NCBI GenBank assembly: GCA_963787445.1
Contig: CAWBCT010000013.1
Coordinates: 32,001-96,000, forward strand
DNA: 64,000 nt
Reading direction: 5' to 3'
From: an uncultured archaeon
Lineage (GTDB): Archaea > Micrarchaeota > Micrarchaeia > Micrarchaeales > CABMGC01
This document shows, one piece after another, positions 28,253-38,086 of the stretch (positions are counted from its first letter, which is position 1; the number at the start of each line of letters is the position of its first letter). Both the position numbers and the translations under genes were made by a program. The notes under the pieces are model-generated. The model was not told the DNA's origin and did no database searches. It saw only the letters and a program-made list of their open reading frames with translations.

Positions 28253-28671
28253 CCGTAATAGACTCAAGCGCCCTCATCAAGCTGCTTATAACTGAAAATG
28301 GCTCTGCCGAAGCCACGAAAGTCTTCTATTCGCTTACCGGCAAAGGCGAACCGCTGATCGCCCCGGATATAATTTTTTCAGAAGTCATGAATGGCCTATG
28401 GAAGCACAATGTCCTGCTGAAGGACATAACTGACAAGAAACTCGGAATGGCCAGGGAGAGCCTGGAGCTGGTGTATGCAGACCTAGAAATATCCAAGGCA
28501 ACAGAACTGGCAGAAGACTCCATTCGGATAGGCATGGCCCACAAGATTACTTTTTATGATTCTTTGTATGTTGCATTGAGCCTTAATACCAACTCTCCGT
28601 TATTCACGTTTGACAAATACCTTAAAAGCAAAGCAGAAGAGATTGGGTTTGAGGTATTAAATTTAAGCTAG
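28249..28671 (+). CDS. vapC: VapC PIN-domain toxin
   Basis: VIDSSAL, SEVMN, FYDSLYVAL, TFD. Confidence 0.9.
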   Translation: MTVIDSSALIKLLITENGSAEATKVFYSLTGKGEPLIAPDIIFSEVMNGLWKHNVLLKDITDKKLGMARESLELVYADLEISKATELAEDSIRIGMAHKITFYDSLYVALSLNTNSPLFTFDKYLKSKAEEIGFEVLNLS

Positions 28672-28702
28672 CTGCTAGGGTCTGTATAGGATTCAGAAAG
28701 AG

Positions 28703-28903
28703 TCATACTTCAGAACGGGCGCTCTTGTACCTGCCGCGCTTCTTAAGGTCGCTCCAGCAGTCCTTGCAGATGAAGGCCTTCTCGGTCTTGCTCACGCGCT
28801 TCGAGCTCTTGAGGCAGTCGTAGCACACCTTTCTGCTGCAGTAGCCGCATACGTTGTACTTGTATGCCTCTCGACCGCATCGCTCACATAACATAGAACT
28901 CAC
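28703..28903 (-). CDS. Small Cys-rich zinc-finger protein
   Basis: Four CxxC motifs in 66 aa. Confidence 0.75.
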   Translation of the reverse strand: MSSMLCERCGREAYKYNVCGYCSRKVCYDCLKSSKRVSKTEKAFICKDCWSDLKKRGRYKSARSEV

Positions 28904-29052
28904 TGTGCTTCTATATTAGGATAACAAATGTATATAAATGGTGCAGAATCAGGCCGGCAAAACCTGCTGCCCAAGAAATTCAGCCGCCATAACGTCAGAA
29001 AGGCTTTAAATACATATCTATTAATAAGATATTGCGACCACAGAGTGTCTTC

Positions 29053-32000
29053 ATGCTTTATCTGAAGTCATTGGCTATAAACAAGTTCAAATCCTTCAAT
29101 CACGCTGAGCTGCTGATCGACAAGGGCTTCACGTGCATAATAGGCCCCAACGGGAGCGGAAAGAGCACCATCTGCGACGCGGCGCTCTTCGCGCTTGGCG
29201 AGAACTCGCTGAAGCGCCTGAGGGTAAACCGCTACGACAACCTAATTAGACAGTCAAAGGATGGGAAGGACAAGCTGAGGACCGCCTACGTCCGCATGGA
29301 GTTCGGCGGCGATCAGGACCTCTCCATAACGCGTTTCACAAGAAGCGACGGAAAGACGAAATACAAGGTTAACGGCAAGAACATGAAGCGCTTCGAGGTT
29401 CTTGAGCTGCTTGCGCAGCACGGGATAAGCACCGACGAGACCAACACGATTGTTCAGGGAGAGATTGCGCAGCTCGGCCAGATGAACCCCTCCCAGCTGC
29501 GCGAACTGATTGACATCGCATCCGGAATCAGGGAGTTCGACGCCAAGAAGAACGAGTCGCTCAAGGAGCTCGACAAGGTAAACCAGAAGATAGGGGAGGC
29601 AAAGATAAGCCTGAGCGAGCGCAGCGGCTTCCTCAACGAGCTTGCGGCGGAGAAGAAGTCGGCGGAGCAGTACCTGCAGATGAGTGCGAGGCTGAAGGCG
29701 CTCACCTACAGCATCCTTCTGGACAAGAGGGAGACCGCGGAGAAGTCCCTCTCGGAGTTCACCTCAAACCTCGCGATTGCGGATTCAAAGCAACAGTCCG
29801 CATCACAGAAACTTATCGCAGTTAATGCCAATCTTGAAAAGCTCACGGCCGAGAGGCAGAGGCTCACGAAGCAGCTCGGGGAGAGCACGGACAGCATGGG
29901 CTCGACCAAGGCGAAGCTCGAGTCGGTCAACATACAGATCGCGAAGAACGAGGCGGAGATGGCCGCGCTGGTCTCATCAGTGGCAGAGACCAAGAAGCTA
30001 ATTGAATCGACGGAGAACGAGGGCCGAGAGAAGGAGGGAGCGATAGTCAACAACAAGGCAAAGATAGCCCAGCTAGAGAAGGAGCTCGCGCCGCTCGAGG
30101 AGGCGATTAAGAAGGCGAAGATTAAGCCGGAGGAGTTCAAGTCGAATCCTGACAGGATAAAGAAACTGAGCGAGGAGGTGCAGAGGCTTGAGCAGCAGCT
30201 CACCGAGGCAAACGAGCAGGTCTCGCAGATAAATGCGGAGCTCTCCATTTCAGGAAACACCAGATCCTCAAAGTCGTTGGAGCTTGATGCGGCCAACGCG
30301 CGGCTCGCGAAGATGCTTGAAGAGACCCAGGCGCTCGAGAAGCAGCACCAGCAGTCGGGTAAGAAGCACAAGGAGCTTGCGCTGGAGTCGGCCGCACTGG
30401 TAAAGGAGATAGACTCGATAACCACGAGCATCTCCAAACTTGATGATGAACACATCGCGCTGATGGAGCAGAAGGCGTACCTTCAGCCGAGGTCCCAGGC
30501 GCTTCAGGACAAGCTCAAGCAGCAATTCGGGGAGTCGAAGGGCTTCTTCGGAAGGGCGTCGGAGCTGTGCACCTACGATGCGAAGTACGCCTTTGCGGCG
30601 GAATCGGCGGGCGGCTCAAGGCTAGAATATCTCGTGGTGGACACGATCGAGACCGCCAACAAGATGATAGACTACATGAAGAAGAGCGGGCTCGGCAGGG
30701 CGACCTTCATCCCGCTAAGGGACGTCAGCGAACCGCGAGAATCCACTGCACCGAAAGGAGTGCAGCCGGTTCTAAAGTTTGTGAATTATGATTCAAAGTA
30801 TGTGAAGGCGTTCGCCTACATCTTCAGCAACACTTACCTGATCGACAATGTGGCAGATGCGAAGAGTCACGGGATCGGTCGCTACCGCTACGTTACGCTC
30901 GACGGCGACATAGTCGAGCCCGCCGGCGTGGTTTCCGGAGGCTCGATGGGCAAGCGCCAGTCAATGGCATCGCTTACTGCTCGTATGAGCACTGTTCTTG
31001 CTGAAAAGACCAAACTAAAGTCCTCGCTCGAGTCAAAGAACGTTGAACTAGCATCCACAAGAAAGGGCGAGGCCTACGCTGAGATGGAGGTCAAGAGCGC
31101 GCAGTCCCAACTGGACGCCTCATCATCGCAGCTTACGCTTACAAAGAAGGAGATAGCAGAGGCGAGCAAGGCGATAGAGCAGCTGAACAAGAAGGAAGCC
31201 GAGCTCGTCAAGAGCCACACCCAACTGGTGTCGGGTAGGGAGAAGCTTGACAAGTCGCACATCGAGAGGCAGAAGGAGCTCGACGACGCGGTGAGCGAGA
31301 CCGTAGAGCTATCAAAGAAGATGGCGGCGGGAGGGATCACCAAGGAGGAACTTGAGGAGCTTGAGGCGAAGAGGAAGAGCGCCGAGAACCTGCGAATAGG
31401 AAGGGCCTCATCGGAGAAGGAGAACACGATGCTGAATGTGAGGATAACCGAGCTGCAGAAGGAGGCGGGCGACAGGAGGGCAGCGCTCAAGGCGACGGAG
31501 AAGACGATCAAGGCGAAGAACGAGGCGCAGTCCGCGCTGGCGGTGTCAAGGAACTCAATCGAACTTCAGATTTCAAACGCGAACGGGGAGAGCAAGAAGG
31601 TGTTCGAGAAGTTGAGCACGCTCGACAAGGAGCTCGAGAAGGTCGGGATGGAGAAGGGCAAGTTCAGCGCAGAGCTCAACACCCACGAGCGCCAGGTCGG
31701 CGAGCTGAAGATAAGGAGAAGCCAGGTCGAGACGACGCTCAAGGACCTCATCGCGGAACTTTCCATGTACAAGGAGGCGATCGAGCCGGTAAGGCAGCCG
31801 ATCACCGAGATGGAGAACGAGTCGGTGGTGATAAGCTCAAAGCTTAGGGAGATGGGCAACGTCAACCTGAAGGCGCCGGAGCTCTACGCAGAGAAGTCAA
31901 AGGACGTGGAGGAGGCGCGCGGCAAGGTGGAGACGCTTGAAACCGAGCAGCTCGCCATAAGGCGCATGCTCGAGGAGATAGAGTCCAAGAAGCTGCAGAC

Positions 32001-32457
32001 CTTCATGAGCACCTTCAACGACGTGCTGGTGAACTTCACCAAGTTCTCAACAACCTTCTTCAAGGACAGCCCGCTGCTAACACTTCTCAACCCGAAGGAC
32101 CCGTTCAACGGCGGCCTCGATGTCACCATAATGGAGGGCAAGACCAGAAAACACCTCGCCTCGCTGAGCGGCGGCGAGAAATCGCTCGTGCTCCTGCTTT
32201 TGCTCTTCTCGATTTACATGTGCAGGCCTGCGGCGCTCTACGTATTCGACGAGGTCGACGCCGCACTCGACAAGGAGAACGCGAAGAAGCTCTCCCAGCT
32301 CATGAAGCAGCTAAGCGAGAACGCCCAGTTCATAGTGGTCAGCCACAACGACTCTCTTATAACGAATGCGGACGTGGCCATCGGCGTGGTCAAGACGGGC
32401 GGCGAGTCAAAGGCCCTGGGGCTGGAGGTATCTGGAATGGCGCCAGGCGTTAAGTAG
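29053..32457 (+). CDS. smc: Chromosome segregation protein SMC
   Basis: GPNGSGKS, coiled coils, hinge 'GRATFIPL..VTLDGD..GVVSGG', LSGGEKS, FDEVDAALD. Confidence 0.96.
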   Translation: MLYLKSLAINKFKSFNHAELLIDKGFTCIIGPNGSGKSTICDAALFALGENSLKRLRVNRYDNLIRQSKDGKDKLRTAYVRMEFGGDQDLSITRFTRSDGKTKYKVNGKNMKRFEVLELLAQHGISTDETNTIVQGEIAQLGQMNPSQLRELIDIASGIREFDAKKNESLKELDKVNQKIGEAKISLSERSGFLNELAAEKKSAEQYLQMSARLKALTYSILLDKRETAEKSLSEFTSNLAIADSKQQSASQKLIAVNANLEKLTAERQRLTKQLGESTDSMGSTKAKLESVNIQIAKNEAEMAALVSSVAETKKLIESTENEGREKEGAIVNNKAKIAQLEKELAPLEEAIKKAKIKPEEFKSNPDRIKKLSEEVQRLEQQLTEANEQVSQINAELSISGNTRSSKSLELDAANARLAKMLEETQALEKQHQQSGKKHKELALESAALVKEIDSITTSISKLDDEHIALMEQKAYLQPRSQALQDKLKQQFGESKGFFGRASELCTYDAKYAFAAESAGGSRLEYLVVDTIETANKMIDYMKKSGLGRATFIPLRDVSEPRESTAPKGVQPVLKFVNYDSKYVKAFAYIFSNTYLIDNVADAKSHGIGRYRYVTLDGDIVEPAGVVSGGSMGKRQSMASLTARMSTVLAEKTKLKSSLESKNVELASTRKGEAYAEMEVKSAQSQLDASSSQLTLTKKEIAEASKAIEQLNKKEAELVKSHTQLVSGREKLDKSHIERQKELDDAVSETVELSKKMAAGGITKEELEELEAKRKSAENLRIGRASSEKENTMLNVRITELQKEAGDRRAALKATEKTIKAKNEAQSALAVSRNSIELQISNANGESKKVFEKLSTLDKELEKVGMEKGKFSAELNTHERQVGELKIRRSQVETTLKDLIAELSMYKEAIEPVRQPITEMENESVVISSKLREMGNVNLKAPELYAEKSKDVEEARGKVETLETEQLAIRRMLEEIESKKLQTFMSTFNDVLVNFTKFSTTFFKDSPLLTLLNPKDPFNGGLDVTIMEGKTRKHLASLSGGEKSLVLLLLLFSIYMCRPAALYVFDEVDAALDKENAKKLSQLMKQLSENAQFIVVSHNDSLITNADVAIGVVKTGGESKALGLEVSGMAPGVK

Positions 32458-32465
32458 GTGCCGCC

Positions 32466-33503
32466 ATGGTGGAGAGGAAGCAGAAGCAAAAAAAGAAAAA
32501 GGACGACCGGTTGATTTATCTTTTGTACGCAGCTGTCCTAATTTTGATAATTCTGTACATACTTCAGAACAGCATAATAATCGGGGCGCTAGCCTTTGGT
32601 GCAATAATAGTGACCATGGCGGTGGAGTTCAAGAGCAGCATAACCTCTGAAGGAGTGCGCAAGACCGCGATTGACCTGGTGATAGCTGCGATAGCGGTCG
32701 TGATTGTCGTATGGATCCTGCCCTCCTTCCTGCTCCAGAGCTCTAGCCCGACCAACGTGGTGGCGAGCTGCAGCATGCTCCCCTCGCTGGGCAGGGGCGA
32801 CCTGGTGCTGGTCCACGGGATCAGCAACTTTTCATCCTTCATACGGCAGAACCGCATCCCGACGGTGAACGTCAGCGCCCAGTCATTCAACTCGATGCTG
32901 AAGAACATCACCTCAGAGTACCTGGAGCCGTTCGCCTACTTGAACAATGACAAGTCAGACGTGGTCCTGGCGCCCTACCTAAACTCCAGCCTTAGCAGCT
33001 ACAGCTTCGGCATGTACAACCTGGGCTGCATCCAGTTCTACCTGAACTACGGCGAGACAAGCCTGTTTTACAAGTGCTATGTCGCAAGCCAGGCAAACAA
33101 CCTGATAAGGTACAATTACACCCTAGGGAACGTGACCGTCTCAGGCAAGGAGACAAGGATCTTGGAGACGAGCAACATCACCATAGCAAACACCATGATA
33201 ACCGAGGACTACGGCAACCCGGTCGTTGTGTACCAGACCGTCCAGGGCGACTCGTTTGCAACTGATCCGCAGGTCATACACCGGGTCTATGCGGTCATAA
33301 ACGCCAGCGGCTCCTACTACGTGCTTACCAAGGGAGACAACAACCCGGTGCTCGACATCCAGGCGGGCAACTATCCCGCAGGCCAGGCTCAGGTCATCGG
33401 CTATCTCTTTGCCTCTGTGCCGTACCTTGGCTACCCCTCACTGATAATAAAAGGGCAGCTCGCGCCTGTGGCCCAGTGCAACCAGACCATACTGAATAAT
33501 TAG
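32466..33503 (+). CDS. Signal peptidase I (Sec11/S26B type) with large insertion
   Basis: Three N-terminal TMs; VVASCSM.P..RGD, VIHRV, TKGDNN...D, VPYLG. Confidence 0.85.
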   Translation: MVERKQKQKKKKDDRLIYLLYAAVLILIILYILQNSIIIGALAFGAIIVTMAVEFKSSITSEGVRKTAIDLVIAAIAVVIVVWILPSFLLQSSSPTNVVASCSMLPSLGRGDLVLVHGISNFSSFIRQNRIPTVNVSAQSFNSMLKNITSEYLEPFAYLNNDKSDVVLAPYLNSSLSSYSFGMYNLGCIQFYLNYGETSLFYKCYVASQANNLIRYNYTLGNVTVSGKETRILETSNITIANTMITEDYGNPVVVYQTVQGDSFATDPQVIHRVYAVINASGSYYVLTKGDNNPVLDIQAGNYPAGQAQVIGYLFASVPYLGYPSLIIKGQLAPVAQCNQTILNN

Positions 33504-33506
33504 CGG

Positions 33507-34247
33507 CTACGTCTCGCTCGGGAAGAACTCGCTGTAGGCCTCCAGCGTGCCTATGTCATACCATCTTCCCTTGTTCACGACGGCGTGAACCTCCTGGTTC
33601 TCTAGGAGGGACTGTATGAAGTATCCTGGAGAGTCCGGGTTGTTCTGCTTGCCAAGGTACTCCGAGAACTCGGACAGGCTCTCCGCAGGGAAGACATAGA
33701 TGCCGGTGCTTATCAGGCTTGACTCGGGAACCGCAGGCTTCTCCCGAAAGTTTACAACCCGGTGGCCTTCGACCTTTACCACCCCAAAGCGCGTTGCGGA
33801 CTCCGTGGAGCCGATGTCGTAGGCGCAGATGGTCGGCTTCCTGTGCTCATTGAAGTGGCTCACCACGCCCTTCAGGCTGAAGTCGTAGTAGTTGTCGCCT
33901 GCAATGATTATCGTGTCGTTTTTCAGCCCCGCCTGCTTTATCGCGTACTCTATGCCCCTTATGGCGCCGAACTTTCCTTCATGGTACCTGGTGGGCTCGA
34001 CCACGAGCTCCATCTTCGTCTCGCTCTTCGCCTGCTTGTGGCTCATCCAGTACTCAAACTGGTTTGCGAACTTCTTGTTTGTCGATATGACTATCCGGTC
34101 GACTCCCAGCGAGGAGACGTCCTCAACTATGTAGTCGATTATGGGCCTGCCGTTTATGGGAAGGAGCGGCTTTGGCAGGAACAGGCTGATCGGCTGTAGC
34201 CTTGTTGCGAAGCCTCCGCATAGTATAAGTGCATCCATTTTTTTCAC
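33507..34247 (-). CDS. Sugar-phosphate nucleotidyltransferase
   Basis: LCGGFATRL, PKPLLP, AGDN, WYDIGT. Confidence 0.9.
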   Translation of the reverse strand: MKKMDALILCGGFATRLQPISLFLPKPLLPINGRPIIDYIVEDVSSLGVDRIVISTNKKFANQFEYWMSHKQAKSETKMELVVEPTRYHEGKFGAIRGIEYAIKQAGLKNDTIIIAGDNYYDFSLKGVVSHFNEHRKPTICAYDIGSTESATRFGVVKVEGHRVVNFREKPAVPESSLISTGIYVFPAESLSEFSEYLGKQNNPDSPGYFIQSLLENQEVHAVVNKGRWYDIGTLEAYSEFFPSET

Positions 34248-34349
34248 ATTTTAGCCGTATTTTAAGAATACAGCCGCGCCTAGCTGCCTATATGTTTAAA
34301 TGTCAAATAACTGATATATATACTTTATGAGAGCTATATTCGTGATTTC

Positions 34350-34613
34350 ATGCTGAGCGCCATAGTCACCTCTCTCGACGAGGACAACCTGCTAGCCACG
34401 CCTTCCGGAAACATCGACGTAAAGGCCTTTATCGGCAAGAAGGCCAGGTACATGGACAAGTCGAACAGGTGCTGGCCCGCAGTCGTAACCGGCGCTGACG
34501 ACCCCTATGTGATAATAAAGTTCGACAAGTTCCCGAGCGGGATTGGCCAGGGCCAGATAGTCGACCTGATGGAGGACGGAGATGACGAGGCCGCCTTCCT
34601 GCGCGGAGAGTAA
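34350..34613 (+). CDS. Small beta-barrel protein resembling an acidic L35Ae (eL33) homolog
   Basis: 'AFIGKKARY...VIIKFDKFPSGIGQGQIV' parallels the L35Ae pattern. Confidence 0.45.
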   Translation: MLSAIVTSLDEDNLLATPSGNIDVKAFIGKKARYMDKSNRCWPAVVTGADDPYVIIKFDKFPSGIGQGQIVDLMEDGDDEAAFLRGE

Positions 34614-34618
34614 GCGGC

Positions 34619-35230
34619 TCAGCGCCTGAACATCGTCTTGATCCTTCCAAACCCTTCCGAGATCACAGCGTAGCTCCCGCTTATGGTGATTATCGCAGGC
34701 AGCGGGTTGAGCGTAAGGACTGAGGTCGCTATCCCGGACACTATGAGCGTCTTGGTTATGGGCATGTCCAGGAACTCCATCAGCTTCTGCTTGTTTGTAG
34801 TTGTGAGGTTGGTCGCCGAGTCTATGTCCGTGGTGCAGAAGCCGTTTGCGAAGGCGCGAATATGCCCGTCCTCCTCGCTCGCGAGTATGCAGGTTGTGCC
34901 CCTAATCTTCTTGCTCGTGCCCAGCGCAAAGGCGTGCCGCTTCCCGTGGCCGATCATCCTCCCCGAGTGTATCAGCGTGGCGCCGTAGTGAAGCATGAAT
35001 CCATAGGGATCTATGATGATTGCGCCATCGAGCGCAGCGAGCTTCCGTATCGTCTGCTTGTCGTGCTCGTTGAAGACCGAGAGCCGCCGGTTGTCCTTCC
35101 GGTAGATGTCCGGATTGTAGTCCTTGTAGTAGATCCCGTTACCGCGCTTGAACTCGACCACGAACAGGCAGCCCTCTGGCTGTCCGCGCGCAAGCTCGAA
35201 GCACGCATCTAAAATGCGTTTGTTTTCCAT
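34619..35230 (-). CDS. Diadenylate cyclase (DisA_N/DAC domain) protein
   Basis: 'GCLFVV', LDGAIII, GKRHAFA, ASEEDG. Confidence 0.82.
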   Translation of the reverse strand: MENKRILDACFELARGQPEGCLFVVEFKRGNGIYYKDYNPDIYRKDNRRLSVFNEHDKQTIRKLAALDGAIIIDPYGFMLHYGATLIHSGRMIGHGKRHAFALGTSKKIRGTTCILASEEDGHIRAFANGFCTTDIDSATNLTTTNKQKLMEFLDMPITKTLIVSGIATSVLTLNPLPAIITISGSYAVISEGFGRIKTMFRR

Positions 35231-35301
35231 GATCGCCGATACTATGTAAAATGAAATGGTTTATAAATGTTGCCTGCACTTGCGGGTTAGTGGAACTCCC
35301 G

Positions 35302-35340
35302 AAAAATAAAAAAAGAAGTTGGTGCGGAAACCGCACCAAC
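35302..35340 (-). terminator. Hairpin plus U-tract terminator of the PadR-ABC-COG1361 operon
   Basis: GTTGGTGCGG-TTT-CCGCACCAAC (10-bp stem) then TTCTTTTTTTATTTTT on the minus strand. Confidence 0.8.
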
Positions 35341-35348
35341 CAAAACCT

Positions 35349-36950
35349 TTACTTCTTCTTGTCTCCTGCCTTCTTCTTGCTTCCAATCAGGCCGCGCTTT
35401 CTAGCTATGAAAACAACAGCTACAATAACGACAACGGCAACTACGCCGTAGATTATGCCGCTGCTGCCGCCCGACCCGGACCCGACCGTTGCGAAGTAGG
35501 TGTTCGAGCCCGAGTACTGCTGCTGGACCGCGCCGTTGGGTTGCCTCCAGGTCTCATAGACGGTCACCGGGTAGTTGCCCAGCGCGCCGTTCGAGTCGAC
35601 GCTGACGGAGAACGAGACGTTTGCTGACTGCCCCGGCATCAGCGATGGGATGTAGTAGGTGCTCGTTATCGGGGTCACCGGGTAGCTGCTCTGGAAGGTC
35701 ACCTGCACATTCTCAGCCTCTATGTTGCCCGTGTTGGTCACGATGAGCTTGATCGGCATGTTCGTAGAGCCTGGCTCGAGGCTGTAGTTGCCCGCCGTTA
35801 TGCTGAACGTCGAAGAGGATGCAACCGAGAGGTTCAGCTGCTCGTTCTGCACGAACTGGGAGGCGTAGTTCTGCGAGGTGTAGGTTACCTTCGCATTGAT
35901 CGCCGCGCTCGATCCGGTGTTGTTGTTTGCGGCAACCAGCAGCGTCTGGGTCGTGGTCTGGCCCGCTGCCAGCGAGCCGATGAAGAACTTGCTCACCGAG
36001 CTAAGCACCTCTATCCCGGCGCTGGGCTGTATGTTTATGCTGACGTTCTTCGCCGTCCCGGTCCCGACGTTGGTGATGGAGAGGACGAGGCTCTGGTTGT
36101 AGCCCTTGTAGAGCGCGCTCGGCGTAGCGGAGGTGATGTTAACGATCACGTCCGGGTTGTTAACCGCGACCGAAACCTGCGCATTGGAGCTGACGTTGTA
36201 TTTCTGCCCCGTGTCGGAAGAGTAGGTGACGTACATCGGTATCTGGTAGGTGCCGTTCACCAGCCTGGAGTTCACGCTGTAGACCGCGTTTATCACCGAG
36301 GCCCCTCCCTGCTCGAGAGTGCCCACGCTGAACCTGGTGCTTCCCTGGGTCTCAAACTGGGGCGTGCTTACCAAATTCAGGGTAACGTTCTTCGCCTCGC
36401 CGTAGCCCGCGTTCGAGACGTCAAGAGTGAGTGACGCCGACTGGCCGGGGCTGATGGCTGAGGACACTGCGCTGACGCTGATGCTCGGCGCGCCGTTGAC
36501 GTAGAAGCTCAGCGGCATTACCGACTGCCCGGTGACCTCAACGCTCTGCCCGCTGATCAGCTCGGTTGTCTCGTAGTTGGCCACCAGGTTGAGCGTGTAG
36601 GTGCCCGTTGCGGTGGTCTTGGGTATGTGTATGTTGTAGGTGAAGTACTGGGTGGAGCCGCCGTAGAGCCCCTGGGACATGCTCGTTATTATATAGGAGC
36701 TGACCGGGGAGAAGTTCAGTATCGGGTAGCTTCCGGTGAGCTGTAGGTTCACGTTCTGCAGGACCGATGAGTACGAGTCGTACAGCTGCAATGTCAGCGT
36801 CACGTTGCTCCCTGCAACCACCGGGTTGGGGTTCGTCTGTAGGTTGTAGACCGACAGCGCGCTGCTTATGCTCTGCGCGCCGACCAGCGCTGGCACCAGT
36901 AGGGCGAGCACCAGGCCTGCCATCATTCCGATTCTTAGTCCTTTGTTCAT
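35349..36950 (-). CDS. COG1361/CARDB-repeat S-layer-like surface protein
   Basis: Signal peptide, repeated 'N.G...A.NV' Ig-like units, C-terminal TM plus basic tail. Confidence 0.85.
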   Translation of the reverse strand: MNKGLRIGMMAGLVLALLVPALVGAQSISSALSVYNLQTNPNPVVAGSNVTLTLQLYDSYSSVLQNVNLQLTGSYPILNFSPVSSYIITSMSQGLYGGSTQYFTYNIHIPKTTATGTYTLNLVANYETTELISGQSVEVTGQSVMPLSFYVNGAPSISVSAVSSAISPGQSASLTLDVSNAGYGEAKNVTLNLVSTPQFETQGSTRFSVGTLEQGGASVINAVYSVNSRLVNGTYQIPMYVTYSSDTGQKYNVSSNAQVSVAVNNPDVIVNITSATPSALYKGYNQSLVLSITNVGTGTAKNVSINIQPSAGIEVLSSVSKFFIGSLAAGQTTTQTLLVAANNNTGSSAAINAKVTYTSQNYASQFVQNEQLNLSVASSSTFSITAGNYSLEPGSTNMPIKLIVTNTGNIEAENVQVTFQSSYPVTPITSTYYIPSLMPGQSANVSFSVSVDSNGALGNYPVTVYETWRQPNGAVQQQYSGSNTYFATVGSGSGGSSGIIYGVVAVVVIVAVVFIARKRGLIGSKKKAGDKKK

Positions 36951-36969
36951 TTTATCACTCTATTAAACA

Positions 36970-38085
36970 TCAATCGATCGTGCTCTTGAACATCGCAAAC
37001 GCCAGCGCCACCACGACCACCGAGAAGACGACGAGCACGACGAGGTCAAGGAGCATCTGCGTCGGCACGATGTAGCCGGCGAGCATGACCTGGCGCACCG
37101 CGTTGGTGGCGTAGGTCATCGGGTCTCCGGCGCTGAGGGTCTGCAACAGCGGCGGGAAGGCCTGCACCGGGGTGAACGCTCCGGAGAGCACCCAGGCGGG
37201 CATGACCACTATCTGCGCGATGATTGCGTACACTTCCACGGCCTTCAGCCTGGACGCTATGAGCAGCGCGATGGCGCTGAAAGCTATTGAGACGAGCACC
37301 GTGACGATCAGTATCCAGAAGAGCCCCACCGCGCCCATGGCTATACCTGCGCCAAGGATGATTCCGAGAGCCAGGGCAACGAAGCCGTACAGGGTTGACT
37401 GGACTGTTCCGGCGAGCAACTTACCGAGTATTATCGAGTTCTTGCTTATGGGCGTTATGAAGAAGGATTTCATGTTGCCGAGCTGCCTGTCCAGTATCAC
37501 CGAGAAGCCGCCGCTGAACACCGAACCAAAAGCCGCAGACATGATTATGATGCCGGCGACCAGGAAGTCTTCATAGGTGCTGTTCGCGCCCTGGGTCGGT
37601 ATGGGGTTAACGAAGCTGCTGCTCTTGCTGAGCGCCTGGTTGAGCGTCGCCACCTGTGCGCCGAATGGCTGGGCGGCGCTCTCAACGAAAGGCAGCACCG
37701 CAGCCACGGAGCTCGCCTGGCTGCTTGCGTAGTAAACATCGATCGCGGGCCCGCCCGCCGCGCTCGGGAACTGGGGGAGTATCACGACCACCGCATCCAC
37801 CTGGCTGGTGTACAGCATGTTCATCCCCGACGCCTGGTCCGTGATTGCGGCTATCTGCACCGTTGACCGAGCCTCGAGCGCGTTGATGAACTGCTGCGAC
37901 TGCTGGTTGTTCGCGTAGTTGACGACTGCGATGGGCACGTTGCTCACACCGTTGCCTATGTTGCCGAAGAATATTATAAAGATGAGCGGAAACATTGCGG
38001 ACCTGATCAGGTTGGTCCTGAGGTTGGACTTGAAGATCAGCATCTCCCTGTTGAATATCGTCAATGCGTCTTCTAGTATGCCCAT
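36970..38085 (-). CDS. ABC-2 type permease
   Basis: 'PIAVVN', 'DRQLGNMK..TPIS..IILGK', 'LSGAFTP', 'PMTYA'. Confidence 0.9.
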   Translation of the reverse strand: MGILEDALTIFNREMLIFKSNLRTNLIRSAMFPLIFIIFFGNIGNGVSNVPIAVVNYANNQQSQQFINALEARSTVQIAAITDQASGMNMLYTSQVDAVVVILPQFPSAAGGPAIDVYYASSQASSVAAVLPFVESAAQPFGAQVATLNQALSKSSSFVNPIPTQGANSTYEDFLVAGIIIMSAAFGSVFSGGFSVILDRQLGNMKSFFITPISKNSIILGKLLAGTVQSTLYGFVALALGIILGAGIAMGAVGLFWILIVTVLVSIAFSAIALLIASRLKAVEVYAIIAQIVVMPAWVLSGAFTPVQAFPPLLQTLSAGDPMTYATNAVRQVMLAGYIVPTQMLLDLVVLVVFSVVVVALAFAMFKSTID

Positions 38086-38086
38086 C

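Noticed and set aside
29053-32457. SMC as a Wadjet/Lamassu defence ATPase or Rad50
   Set aside because: Canonical hinge and head motifs, no CxxC hook and no jet/lmu neighbours; scpA is simply not adjacent
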